From assembly GCA_049582045.1 (NCBI GenBank), contig JBAUTD010000103.1, positions 1 through 59,368 of the forward strand: DNA of 59,368 nucleotides, given 5' to 3'. The notes beneath the pieces were generated by a model that was given only the letters and a program-made list of their open reading frames with translations, did no database searches and was not told where the DNA came from. The position numbers and the translations under genes are program-made. The stretch is from Burkholderiales bacterium (GTDB lineage Bacteria > Pseudomonadota > Gammaproteobacteria > Burkholderiales > SG8-39). Of this stretch, positions 9,138 to 20,684 are shown piece after piece. Position 1 is the stretch's first letter, and each line of letters begins with the position of its first letter.

Positions 9138-9148
9138 CCGGACAGGAC

Positions 9149-12877
<3,729 letters not shown>

Positions 12878-12920
12878 CTATAATCGCGTAACGAAACTTC
12901 CATCATCGCGGAGCAAGACT

Positions 12921-13016
12921 ATGGGCAAGGGCGACAAGCGCACGCGGCGCGGCAAGATATACAAGGGCAGCTACGGCAAGAGGCGCCCGCAACGTACGAA
13001 GAAGAAGAGCAGTTAG
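12921..13016 (+). CDS. 30S ribosomal protein Thx-like mini-protein (31 aa)
   Basis: Below the ORF-track size cutoff. Translation MGKGDKRTRRGKIYKGSYGKRRPQRTKKKSS closely resembles Thermus Thx as I recall it (GKGDRRTRRGKIWRGTYGK...). GGAG at 12910-12913 lies 7 nt before the ATG. Confidence 0.7.
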   Translation: MGKGDKRTRRGKIYKGSYGKRRPQRTKKKSS

Positions 13017-13033
13017 GCCCGCGGGCCCAGCGC

Positions 13034-13414
13034 ATGAGCGGCGGGGCCAAGCTGTTCGTGTCAATCGGGGCCGCCATGGCGGCGCTCGCCGTAGTATTGG
13101 GCGCGTTTGGGGCACATGCTCTCAAGACGCGGCTGCCCGCTGGCATGCTCGAGGTTTACCAGACCGCGGTGCAATACCACTTCTGGCACGCGCTCGGGGT
13201 GCTCGCCGTAGGCCTCGCGCTGCAGCTGTTGCCGGAAGCCGGCTGGCTGCGTAGTGCCGGCTGGCTGCTGACGGCAGGTATTGTCCTGTTCTGCGGCAGC
13301 CTCTACCTGCTGGCACTCACCGGGTCGAAGTGGCTAGGTGCCGTGACGCCGCTGGGCGGCTTGGCCTTCATCCTCGGCTGGCTCGCCCTCATGGTGGCTG
13401 CGCTACGCGCCTAG
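13034..13414 (+). CDS. DUF423 (YgdD-like) small membrane protein
   Basis: 126 aa, 4 TM, with the typical LGAFGAHALK start and a glycine-rich C-terminal TM segment. Confidence 0.78.
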   Translation: MSGGAKLFVSIGAAMAALAVVLGAFGAHALKTRLPAGMLEVYQTAVQYHFWHALGVLAVGLALQLLPEAGWLRSAGWLLTAGIVLFCGSLYLLALTGSKWLGAVTPLGGLAFILGWLALMVAALRA

Positions 13415-13735
13415 CGCCTCGGGCGCGATCTCGCGGTCGCGCGGCAAGCTAATAACTCCTCCGAATTCGACATAGTCTGCGAGCGGCAATTCGGCCAGCG
13501 CCCGCTGCAATGCCGCGAGATGCTGTTCGTCTGCCAATTCGAGCAGCACGCGTGCCGGTCTGGAGCCCCGCAGCAGACGTGCGAGCGCAATCTGGGTCTC
13601 GACGCGGCCGGTACAGCACGGGCATCCGGCCGGAACGAGCTTTGCCCAGCCGGGACGCGCCGCGAGCAGTCGCTCGACCAGCGCTCGAGTCGCACTGGGC
13701 GCGCCCGTGACGATGTGCACGGGGGTGCGGATCAC
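13403..13735 (-). CDS. Hypothetical 110-aa protein; CobW/G3E-GTPase-like remnant with a GCPCCTG motif but no P-loop
   Basis: The GTG at 13735 overlaps the trkH stop (GTGA). Sequence IVTGAPSATRALVERLL...GCPCCTGR...VLLELAD resembles the CobW N-terminal domain layout, with the Walker-A GxxGxGKT replaced by GAPSAT. Confidence 0.5.
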   Translation of the reverse strand: MIRTPVHIVTGAPSATRALVERLLAARPGWAKLVPAGCPCCTGRVETQIALARLLRGSRPARVLLELADEQHLAALQRALAELPLADYVEFGGVISLPRDREIAPEALGA

Positions 13736-15189
13736 TTGCGCCAGAACGCGGGTGTCAGCAGAACCAGCACGGTAAGCAGCTCGAGGCGCCCCAGCAGCAT
13801 CGCGGCCGAGCACAACCAGGTCTGGAAATCATCCAGCAGCGCAAAGTTGGTTGCCGGACCGACCTGCCCGAGTCCGGGGCCAAGGTTGTTGATGCAGGCT
13901 ACCACCGCAGAAAAGGCGGTGACGAAATCCAGGCCGGTCGCGGCAAGGAGCATGGTTATCACGCTTATCGTGCCGCCGTACACCAGCATGAAGGCGAGCA
14001 CGGCGAAGATGATATTGTTTTCGATCGGATGACCGCCGAGCTTGACCGGAATATAAGCGCGCGGGTGAACGATGCGCGCGAGCTCGCGGAACGCTTGCTT
14101 GAACATCAGCATCGCACGAACCAGCTTGATGCCGCCGCCGGTTGATCCCGAGCAGCTGACGAAGGAAACCAGAAACAGCATCCACAGCGGCGCAAACAGT
14201 GGCCAGACCCCGAAGTTGGTGTTCGCGTATCCGGTCGAGGTGGCGACCGACACCAGATTGAATGCCGTATAGCGCAGTGCGACCCAGAAATCCTGGTAAA
14301 CGCCCTTCGCCAGCAGGAATAGGGTGATGCCGACAATGCTCACGGCGATTACCGCGAAGAACACGCCGACCTCCGGGTCCTCGCGGTAGGACTTCAGGCT
14401 GCGCTTTCTAAGCACCTGGAAGTGGGTCGCAAAATTGATGCCCGCGATCAGCATGAATACGATCGTTACGGCCTCGATCCTGGGCGAATTCCAGTGCGCG
14501 AAACTGGCGTCGTACGGCGAAAACCCCCCTGTGCTCATCGTGGTGAAGGCATGCATTACCGCATCCAGCCAGCTCATCCCCGCCCAGCGCATCGCAAGCG
14601 CGCACGCGATCGTGAGCAGGCCGTACACACCCCACAGACCCTTGGCAGTCTCGGTGATGCGCGGCGTGAGCTTGGTATCCTTCATCGGCCCCGGAGTCTC
14701 GGCCTTCAGAATCTGCCTCCCGCCGACCCCGAGAAGCGGCAGGATCGCGACCACGAGCACAAGGATCCCCATCCCGCCCAACCATTGCAACTCGCAGCGC
14801 CAGAAGTTGATGGATGGCGGCAAGCGATCGAGCCCGGTTAGCACGGTTGCGCCCGTAGTGGTCAGGCCCGACATGGCTTCGAAATACGCTTCGGTGAAGG
14901 AAAGCTTCGGCAGGTAGGACAACAAAGGCAGTGCGCCGAAAGCAGGTAGCACTGTCCAGGCAAGCGTAACGAGCAGAAAGCCGTCACGCGCCTGAAGCTC
15001 ACGCTGCCGACCTCGGGTCGACACCCAGCTCAGTCCACCAGCGAGCGCGGTGGCGAGAATCGCGGTGTCGTAGGCCTGTTCAGCGCCGTCAGCGAGATGC
15101 AGCGACAACCCGAGCGGCACGAGCATCGTGGCGGCGAAGATGATCACCACAACGGAAAGCAGGTTCAGGACAGCGTTGAACCTTTCCAT
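13732..15189 (-). CDS. trkH: Trk-system potassium uptake protein TrkH
   Basis: 485 aa polytopic membrane protein of the TrkH family (repeated selectivity-loop glycines: TTTGAT, STGGFS, TSTGYA, GSTGGGIK). Lies immediately downstream of trkA. Confidence 0.9.
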   Translation of the reverse strand: MERFNAVLNLLSVVVIIFAATMLVPLGLSLHLADGAEQAYDTAILATALAGGLSWVSTRGRQRELQARDGFLLVTLAWTVLPAFGALPLLSYLPKLSFTEAYFEAMSGLTTTGATVLTGLDRLPPSINFWRCELQWLGGMGILVLVVAILPLLGVGGRQILKAETPGPMKDTKLTPRITETAKGLWGVYGLLTIACALAMRWAGMSWLDAVMHAFTTMSTGGFSPYDASFAHWNSPRIEAVTIVFMLIAGINFATHFQVLRKRSLKSYREDPEVGVFFAVIAVSIVGITLFLLAKGVYQDFWVALRYTAFNLVSVATSTGYANTNFGVWPLFAPLWMLFLVSFVSCSGSTGGGIKLVRAMLMFKQAFRELARIVHPRAYIPVKLGGHPIENNIIFAVLAFMLVYGGTISVITMLLAATGLDFVTAFSAVVACINNLGPGLGQVGPATNFALLDDFQTWLCSAAMLLGRLELLTVLVLLTPAFWRK

Positions 15190-15207
15190 CGCCGCGCGCG
15201 CCTAGTG

Positions 15208-16581
15208 TTAGAGAAACCGAACGCCGACCTGGAACAACTTCTCCACCCGCGGCAGCGTCTTCTTGTCGGCCACGAAGACGATGACGTGGTCTTCGGCTTG
15301 GATAACGGAGTCGTGGTGGGCCGTAATCACTTCGTCGCCGCGGACCAGAGCGCCTATGGTCGTGCCCGCGGGAAGGTCGATTTCGTCGATGCGCCGGCCC
15401 GTGACCCGGCAGGATTCGCGGTCTCCGTGCACCACGGCCTCCAGCGCCTCGGCAGCGCCACGGCGCAGGCTGTGAACCGACACCACGTCACCGCGGCGCA
15501 CATGGGCCAGTAACTTGCCGATGGTCGCCTGGGCCGGCGAGATCGCGATGTCGATCTCACCGCTCTGAAGGAGGTCGACATACGAGCGCCGGTTGATCAG
15601 CGCGACAACGCGCCGCGCCCCCATGCGCTTGGCCAGCAGCGCGCTCATGATGTTGTGCTCATCGTCGTTGGTGACCGCGACGAACAAGTCCATCTCGGCA
15701 ATGTTTTCCTGCTCGAGCAACTCTTCATCTGTGGCGTCACCGTTGAGCACTAGCGCCCGGTTGACACTGGCCGCCAGCATCTCGCAGCGGCGCTTGTTGT
15801 GCTCGACGACGCGCACCGAATAGTCGTATTCGAGCGCCCGCGCGAGGCGCAGGCCAATGTTGCCGCCGCCCGCGACCATCACGCGCTTGACCGGACGGTC
15901 CATGCGGCGCAGTTCACGCATGACCCGGCGGATATGCTTCTCCGGCGCAAGGCAGAATACTTCGTCGCCAACCTCGATCACGGTATCGCCATCAGGAACA
16001 ATGGCGCGGTCACGGCGGAATATAGCGACCACGCGGGTATCGACACCCGGGATGTGCTGCCGCAGATCTTTCAGCTGGCGGCCTACCAGCGGCCCACCCT
16101 TGTATGAGCGAACCGCGACGAGGCTCACCTTGCCATCGGCGAAATCTAGCACCTGCAGTGCCTCGGGAAACTCGACCAGCTTGACGATATAGTCGGTGAG
16201 CACCTGCTCGGGACAAATCGACAGGTCAACTTCGAAGCCCTCCGGGCCGAGGACTTTTTCGTCGTTGAGAAAGTCCGTCGCGCGGATGCGCGCTACTCGT
16301 CGCGGTACGTTGAACATCCGCGCGGCCACCTTGCAGGCGACGAGGTTGGTCTCGTCCGATTGCGTGACTGCGATCAACAGATCGGCGTCCGCAGCGCCTG
16401 CCTCGGCCAGCACGGACGGATGGGAGGCGCTGCCTACCAGCGTGCGCAAATCAAACCGGTCCTGCAGCGCGCGCAATCGCGTCGGGTCGATGTCGACGAC
16501 CGTGATATCGTTTTGCTCTGAAACGAGGCTTTCAGCTACTGACGCGCCGACCTGGCCAGCGCCGAGTATGATAATTTTCAC
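15208..16581 (-). CDS. trkA: Trk-system NAD-binding component TrkA
   Basis: The GTG at 16581 gives a 458-aa protein starting (V/M)KIIILGAGQVG, with a second Rossmann motif VMVAGGGNIG. The 87-aa track extension (to 16845) is Arg/Ser-rich and unconserved. Confidence 0.9.
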   Translation of the reverse strand: MKIIILGAGQVGASVAESLVSEQNDITVVDIDPTRLRALQDRFDLRTLVGSASHPSVLAEAGAADADLLIAVTQSDETNLVACKVAARMFNVPRRVARIRATDFLNDEKVLGPEGFEVDLSICPEQVLTDYIVKLVEFPEALQVLDFADGKVSLVAVRSYKGGPLVGRQLKDLRQHIPGVDTRVVAIFRRDRAIVPDGDTVIEVGDEVFCLAPEKHIRRVMRELRRMDRPVKRVMVAGGGNIGLRLARALEYDYSVRVVEHNKRRCEMLAASVNRALVLNGDATDEELLEQENIAEMDLFVAVTNDDEHNIMSALLAKRMGARRVVALINRRSYVDLLQSGEIDIAISPAQATIGKLLAHVRRGDVVSVHSLRRGAAEALEAVVHGDRESCRVTGRRIDEIDLPAGTTIGALVRGDEVITAHHDSVIQAEDHVIVFVADKKTLPRVEKLFQVGVRFL

Positions 16582-16642
16582 GGTCGCACTTTCCCCTGCG
16601 AAAGGCGCGCCATTGTAGACCTTTTGCGGCCGCGCTTCGGGT

Positions 16643-17896
16643 TCAGGATCCGCTCTCCTCGCGCCGCCCGACCGGGAGTCCGAGTGCCTTGAGCTTGCGG
16701 TACAGATGGGTACGCTCCAGTCCCGAGCGTTCCGCCACGCGCGACATGCTGCCTTGCTCGCGCCCGAGGAGACGCTCGAAATACATTCGCTCGAAGGCCT
16801 CGCGCGCCTCGCGGTAGGGCCTGTCCAGGCCCAGTTCAGGCGCATCCTGCGCGTCGGTTCTGGTTGTCAGGACACGTTCCACGTCGGCAAGCCCGATCTC
16901 GTCCTCGAGCACCGTATGTGCGAGGTCTGTGATCACGCTCTCGAGCTCGGCGAGGTTGCCGGGCCAAGAATGATGACGCAACGCGTTTAGTGCAGCGATC
17001 GAGAGGCGGCGCGGAGGACAGGCGCGTGCCTCGACCAGCTGAGCAAGCATGAGCGCGGCAAGATCCGGCACGTCCTCCGCAAACTCGCGCAGCGCCGGCA
17101 ACTTGAGAGTGACTTGGGCGAGCCTCGCTACCAGCTCAGTGTCGAGATCGTGCTTCTCGGCCAGTGTTCTCGCGTCGGCCGATGAGAAGGACACAACGCG
17201 CGTCTTGTGCTTGTCGGCCCGCGAAAGCAGGAAATCGAGGCTTCTTTGCTCATTGCGGTCGAGCCGCGCCAAATCCGGAATGAACAGGATGCCGCCCGCC
17301 GCACGGGTAAGCAGCTCGCTGGTGGGCTCCGCAAGAAGGGGGCCACCAGCAATGAACGGTGCTCCCGGCGCCACAAGCAGCCGCGCAAATAGCTCGGCGC
17401 GCGTGCCGCGCTCGCCGCGCAACATCAACGGCGCGGTTGTTTGAGCGACTTGGCTGAGCCGCTTCTTGGCTTCCGCGAGCGTCGCTGAGCGACCTAGCGT
17501 TGCGAGAGAGATTGCGCGCGGCGTTGCAGCCTCCTGATTGCGCAGCGCGCGCTTCACTGTAGCCAGGAGTCGCTGCAGCGCGATCGGTTTCTCGAGAAAG
17601 TCCAGCGCGCCGATGCGCGTCGCCTCTACTGCGGTTTCAATCGTTCCGTGGCCAGACATCATGACTACTGGCATCGTTAGCTGTCCGGTCGCTGCCCACT
17701 CCTTGAGCAGGGTGATGCCGTCCGTATCCGGCATCCAGATGTCTAGAAGCACGAGGTCGGGCCGCTGGCGCTCGCGCAATTCACGCGCCGTCCCCGCGCT
17801 TTCGGCTAGAAGAACCTGATGGCCTTCGTCCGCGAGAATCTCCGACAGGAGTTCGCGAATCCCGACCTCGTCATCGACAATCAGGATTTGCGCCAT
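16643..17896 (-). CDS. ntrX: NtrX-like response regulator: receiver + degenerate AAA+ core + Fis-type HTH
   Basis: Receiver domain (ILIVDDE...LLDIWMPDTDG). The central domain keeps the AAA+ scaffold (GGILF, WPGNLAELE) but Walker A reads GERGTRAE and Walker B reads LFIPDL, and there is no GAFTGA. C-terminal HTH MSRVAERSGLERTHLYRKLK. Confidence 0.8.
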   Translation of the reverse strand: MAQILIVDDEVGIRELLSEILADEGHQVLLAESAGTARELRERQRPDLVLLDIWMPDTDGITLLKEWAATGQLTMPVVMMSGHGTIETAVEATRIGALDFLEKPIALQRLLATVKRALRNQEAATPRAISLATLGRSATLAEAKKRLSQVAQTTAPLMLRGERGTRAELFARLLVAPGAPFIAGGPLLAEPTSELLTRAAGGILFIPDLARLDRNEQRSLDFLLSRADKHKTRVVSFSSADARTLAEKHDLDTELVARLAQVTLKLPALREFAEDVPDLAALMLAQLVEARACPPRRLSIAALNALRHHSWPGNLAELESVITDLAHTVLEDEIGLADVERVLTTRTDAQDAPELGLDRPYREAREAFERMYFERLLGREQGSMSRVAERSGLERTHLYRKLKALGLPVGRREESGS

Positions 17897-17927
17897 AGGA
17901 AGATCATGCCCTGTTCTCGAGCCGAAG

Positions 17928-20066
17928 TCAGGCCGCCTTGCTTGCGGCCCCGCGCTCGTCCATTGCCGGCAACAGCACGCTCACGCACGCACCCTGCTGA
18001 GGGCGGTTCTCGATCGCGATACTGCCGTGGTGCTCGTCGACTATCTTCTTCACGACCGCCAGGCCGAGGCCAGTGCCGCGTGGTTTGGTCGTGACGTACG
18101 GCTCGAAGATGCGTGTCATCATCTCTTCGGGAAACCCGGGCCCGTTGTCGCTCACTGCGATTCTCACTTGATCGCCCTGCATCTCCGTTCGCACCTCAAT
18201 TACCGGCTTATTCACATTCTCGCTCTGGTCGAGCGCGTCCTGCGCGTTCTGAATTAGGTTGTGCAACACTTGTCGGATCTGGGCCGAATCAGCGCGTACC
18301 GGCCTGAGCGCCGGCGATAGTTGCTTCGCGATCGGCACCCGCGAGTTCTCGTAAAGCGCCAGCACCTCCCTGACCAGAGCGTTCAAATCAAGCCCGGCGA
18401 GCGAGGGTGCGGGTAGCTTCGCATAGTCGCGGAACGCATCCACCATCGACTTGAGCGCCGCAACCTGATTTACGATTGTTTGAGTAGCCCGTCTGAGCGT
18501 CTCGGCTTCATGTACGGGAAGCCGCCCGGCGAGCTTCATTTCCAGCCGCTCGGCCGAAAGCTGTATCGGCGTAAGAGGATTCTTTATTTCATGCGCGAGC
18601 CGGCGCCCGACTTCCGCCCAGGCCGTCGCACGCTGGGCCTGTATCAGTTGCGTGATGTCATCAAACACCAGGACATACCCGCCCTCAGTTGCGGTACGGA
18701 GTGCGGTGCCGCGCAGCAACAGCGTCTTGCCCGTGCCCTTGAGGTCAAGCTCGAGCTGCCAGGTGCGCTGCCCGTGGACCAGAAACGCCTCGCGCACCGG
18801 GCCGGCAAGAGCATCCAAGCCGGCGTGCCACATATCCAGCGCCTTGCCCGACATTGCACGCAGCTCGTCGCCCAGAATGGCAGCCGCCCCATGGTTGAAG
18901 ATCGACAGGCGAAGGTCGCGGTCGAATACCAGTACGCCGGCGGAAAGATTGGCCAGGATGTTCTCGAGGTGCGCTTTGGCGGTCTCGAGCGCGACGCGGT
19001 TCGTCTCCACCACGTGGCGCGCCTCGTCGAGCTGCCGAGTCATGGAATTGAAGGACTCCGTAAGCACGCCCAGCTCGTCCCGACTGGTGACGGGTGCCCG
19101 GCGCGAGAAATCACCCCGCGCTACGGCCTGCGTCGCCTGCGCCAGATTCGCGAGCGGCTCGGAAAGTCTGTTGGACAGGACCACCGCCAAGGCAATGGCG
19201 AAGAACAGCCCCATCAACAGGGCGAGCGTGAGTGTGACGATATATATGCGCTTGAGCCCCTGCCGTGAGAGAGCCAGTTCGCGATAGTCGCGATACGCCG
19301 TTTCGACCGCCTCGGCGCTGTGTGTGAAGGACTCGGGTAGGGTCTGTCGCAGCTGGAGATATCGGGCTTCGTCGGTAAGCGCTAGCGCGTTGATCGGCAC
19401 CACTACGCGCAATGCGAGCGGTTTGCCGGGCGGTGAATCGATAGCGGTGTAGCCGCGATTTACGCGCGCCTGGCGCAGCGCCTGGGCACTCGGGACTTCC
19501 GGGTAGAGCTTGGTAACATCTTCGCTCGCTGTTGCCACAACACGACCATTGCCTGCGACAATCACCGCCTCCTGCACTCCTGCCTGCTCGCGCAGCCTGT
19601 TAAGCAGCACTATCTGATCGGCCTGCTGCCGGTCGGCGAGCTCCAGGGCCATGGCGCGCCCCTTGACGTTCATTTCTGTGAGCATTTGATCTATCGCGCC
19701 CTGCGCGAGGGTGATCCCGCCTTCCAGCGCGGCATCCACCTTGACGTCAAACCAGGACTCGATGCTCTTGCTCAGGAACTGTACCGATACCGTATAGACC
19801 AACAATCCGGGGGCCACGGCCATCATCGCGAAAAGCACCAGAAATCGCAGCGTGAGTCGCGATCCAAAAACACGACGGCGGTACTTGCGAACCAAAGCGA
19901 CGAGTTGGTAGGTAACAAGTACCGCCAAGAGAGCCGCCAACCCGGCGTTCAATGCCAGCAATACCGGATAGTGCTGCTCGAACAGCGATGTGTTCGCGCT
20001 CGCGGTCGCGAGCAAGAACATCAGCACACCGGCCAGCGCAGACCCGATGATCAAGAGCGCTTTCAT
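17928..20066 (-). CDS. ntrY: NtrY-like sensor histidine kinase (TM-HAMP-PAS-HisKA-HATPase)
   Basis: 712 aa. The H-box AHEIKNPLTPIQLSAERL is the NtrY-type signature. N-terminal TM helices and a C-terminal GHKL ATPase (DNGPGFP, GTGLGLAVVKKIV). Confidence 0.82.
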   Translation of the reverse strand: MKALLIIGSALAGVLMFLLATASANTSLFEQHYPVLLALNAGLAALLAVLVTYQLVALVRKYRRRVFGSRLTLRFLVLFAMMAVAPGLLVYTVSVQFLSKSIESWFDVKVDAALEGGITLAQGAIDQMLTEMNVKGRAMALELADRQQADQIVLLNRLREQAGVQEAVIVAGNGRVVATASEDVTKLYPEVPSAQALRQARVNRGYTAIDSPPGKPLALRVVVPINALALTDEARYLQLRQTLPESFTHSAEAVETAYRDYRELALSRQGLKRIYIVTLTLALLMGLFFAIALAVVLSNRLSEPLANLAQATQAVARGDFSRRAPVTSRDELGVLTESFNSMTRQLDEARHVVETNRVALETAKAHLENILANLSAGVLVFDRDLRLSIFNHGAAAILGDELRAMSGKALDMWHAGLDALAGPVREAFLVHGQRTWQLELDLKGTGKTLLLRGTALRTATEGGYVLVFDDITQLIQAQRATAWAEVGRRLAHEIKNPLTPIQLSAERLEMKLAGRLPVHEAETLRRATQTIVNQVAALKSMVDAFRDYAKLPAPSLAGLDLNALVREVLALYENSRVPIAKQLSPALRPVRADSAQIRQVLHNLIQNAQDALDQSENVNKPVIEVRTEMQGDQVRIAVSDNGPGFPEEMMTRIFEPYVTTKPRGTGLGLAVVKKIVDEHHGSIAIENRPQQGACVSVLLPAMDERGAASKAA

Positions 20067-20677
20067 CGCGTCGACGACTCCGCCGGTTGGCGAGTTTCGA
20101 CCGGTGCCGGTGGCTGCTGCGGAGGACGGAAGCTAAATCGCTTCCACGCCGACTCGAGATTCCATTCCCGATTGGTGAGCGCACTGAGCTGGAATGGCTT
20201 GGGCAGTAACGTCGTGTCCAACCTCATACGCACCGCTGCCTCGTAAGTCGCGTCCGCGAGCGAGACGCTACGGTCGACTACGAGCCAGTTCCGCAGTTGC
20301 CTCAGTACGTCGAGAGCCTCCTCCAGCGTGCCGAAGCTCTGTTGCAGCAATCCGGTTGAAAGGCGGTACTGCCGCGAAAGGGCATGGTAGGACAGCCGCA
20401 CTTGCATGCGCTTCGCAACAGCTTTTTCGTCGAACCAGTACCAACGCGAGCGGCTTAACTCAAAATCGAGTTCGAAATAGAGCGGCACGCCGTTTTCGAC
20501 GGCTTCCGCAAGCCTCGGGGTAATCTGGAAGCTGAATTCTGCATTGAGCACCAGTCCTTCGTCAGTCGCCCGCAAGTTTGCCTCGCGCACGACGATCTCG
20601 TCCGCATACGCGTTGCCGGCTATGGCGAGCGCGAGCGCCAGCGGGAGAAGCTTAAGAAAGAGGGCGATGCAGCGCAT
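20063..20677 (-). CDS. DUF4390-like secreted/periplasmic protein
   Basis: 204 aa with a signal peptide (LLPLALALAIAGNAYA). Its stop overlaps the ntrY start (ATGA). The conserved position between rsmB and ntrY in betaproteobacteria is from memory. Confidence 0.62.
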   Translation of the reverse strand: MRCIALFLKLLPLALALAIAGNAYADEIVVREANLRATDEGLVLNAEFSFQITPRLAEAVENGVPLYFELDFELSRSRWYWFDEKAVAKRMQVRLSYHALSRQYRLSTGLLQQSFGTLEEALDVLRQLRNWLVVDRSVSLADATYEAAVRMRLDTTLLPKPFQLSALTNREWNLESAWKRFSFRPPQQPPAPVETRQPAESSTR

Positions 20678-20684
20678 CGCGTTT

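Noticed and set aside
8961-9148. Cobalamin riboswitch upstream of metH
   Set aside because: I could not find a B12-box-like core and the leader is short for a cobalamin aptamer plus expression platform. In addition, B12 riboswitches typically control metE or transport genes rather than metH. Left as an unassigned attenuator.
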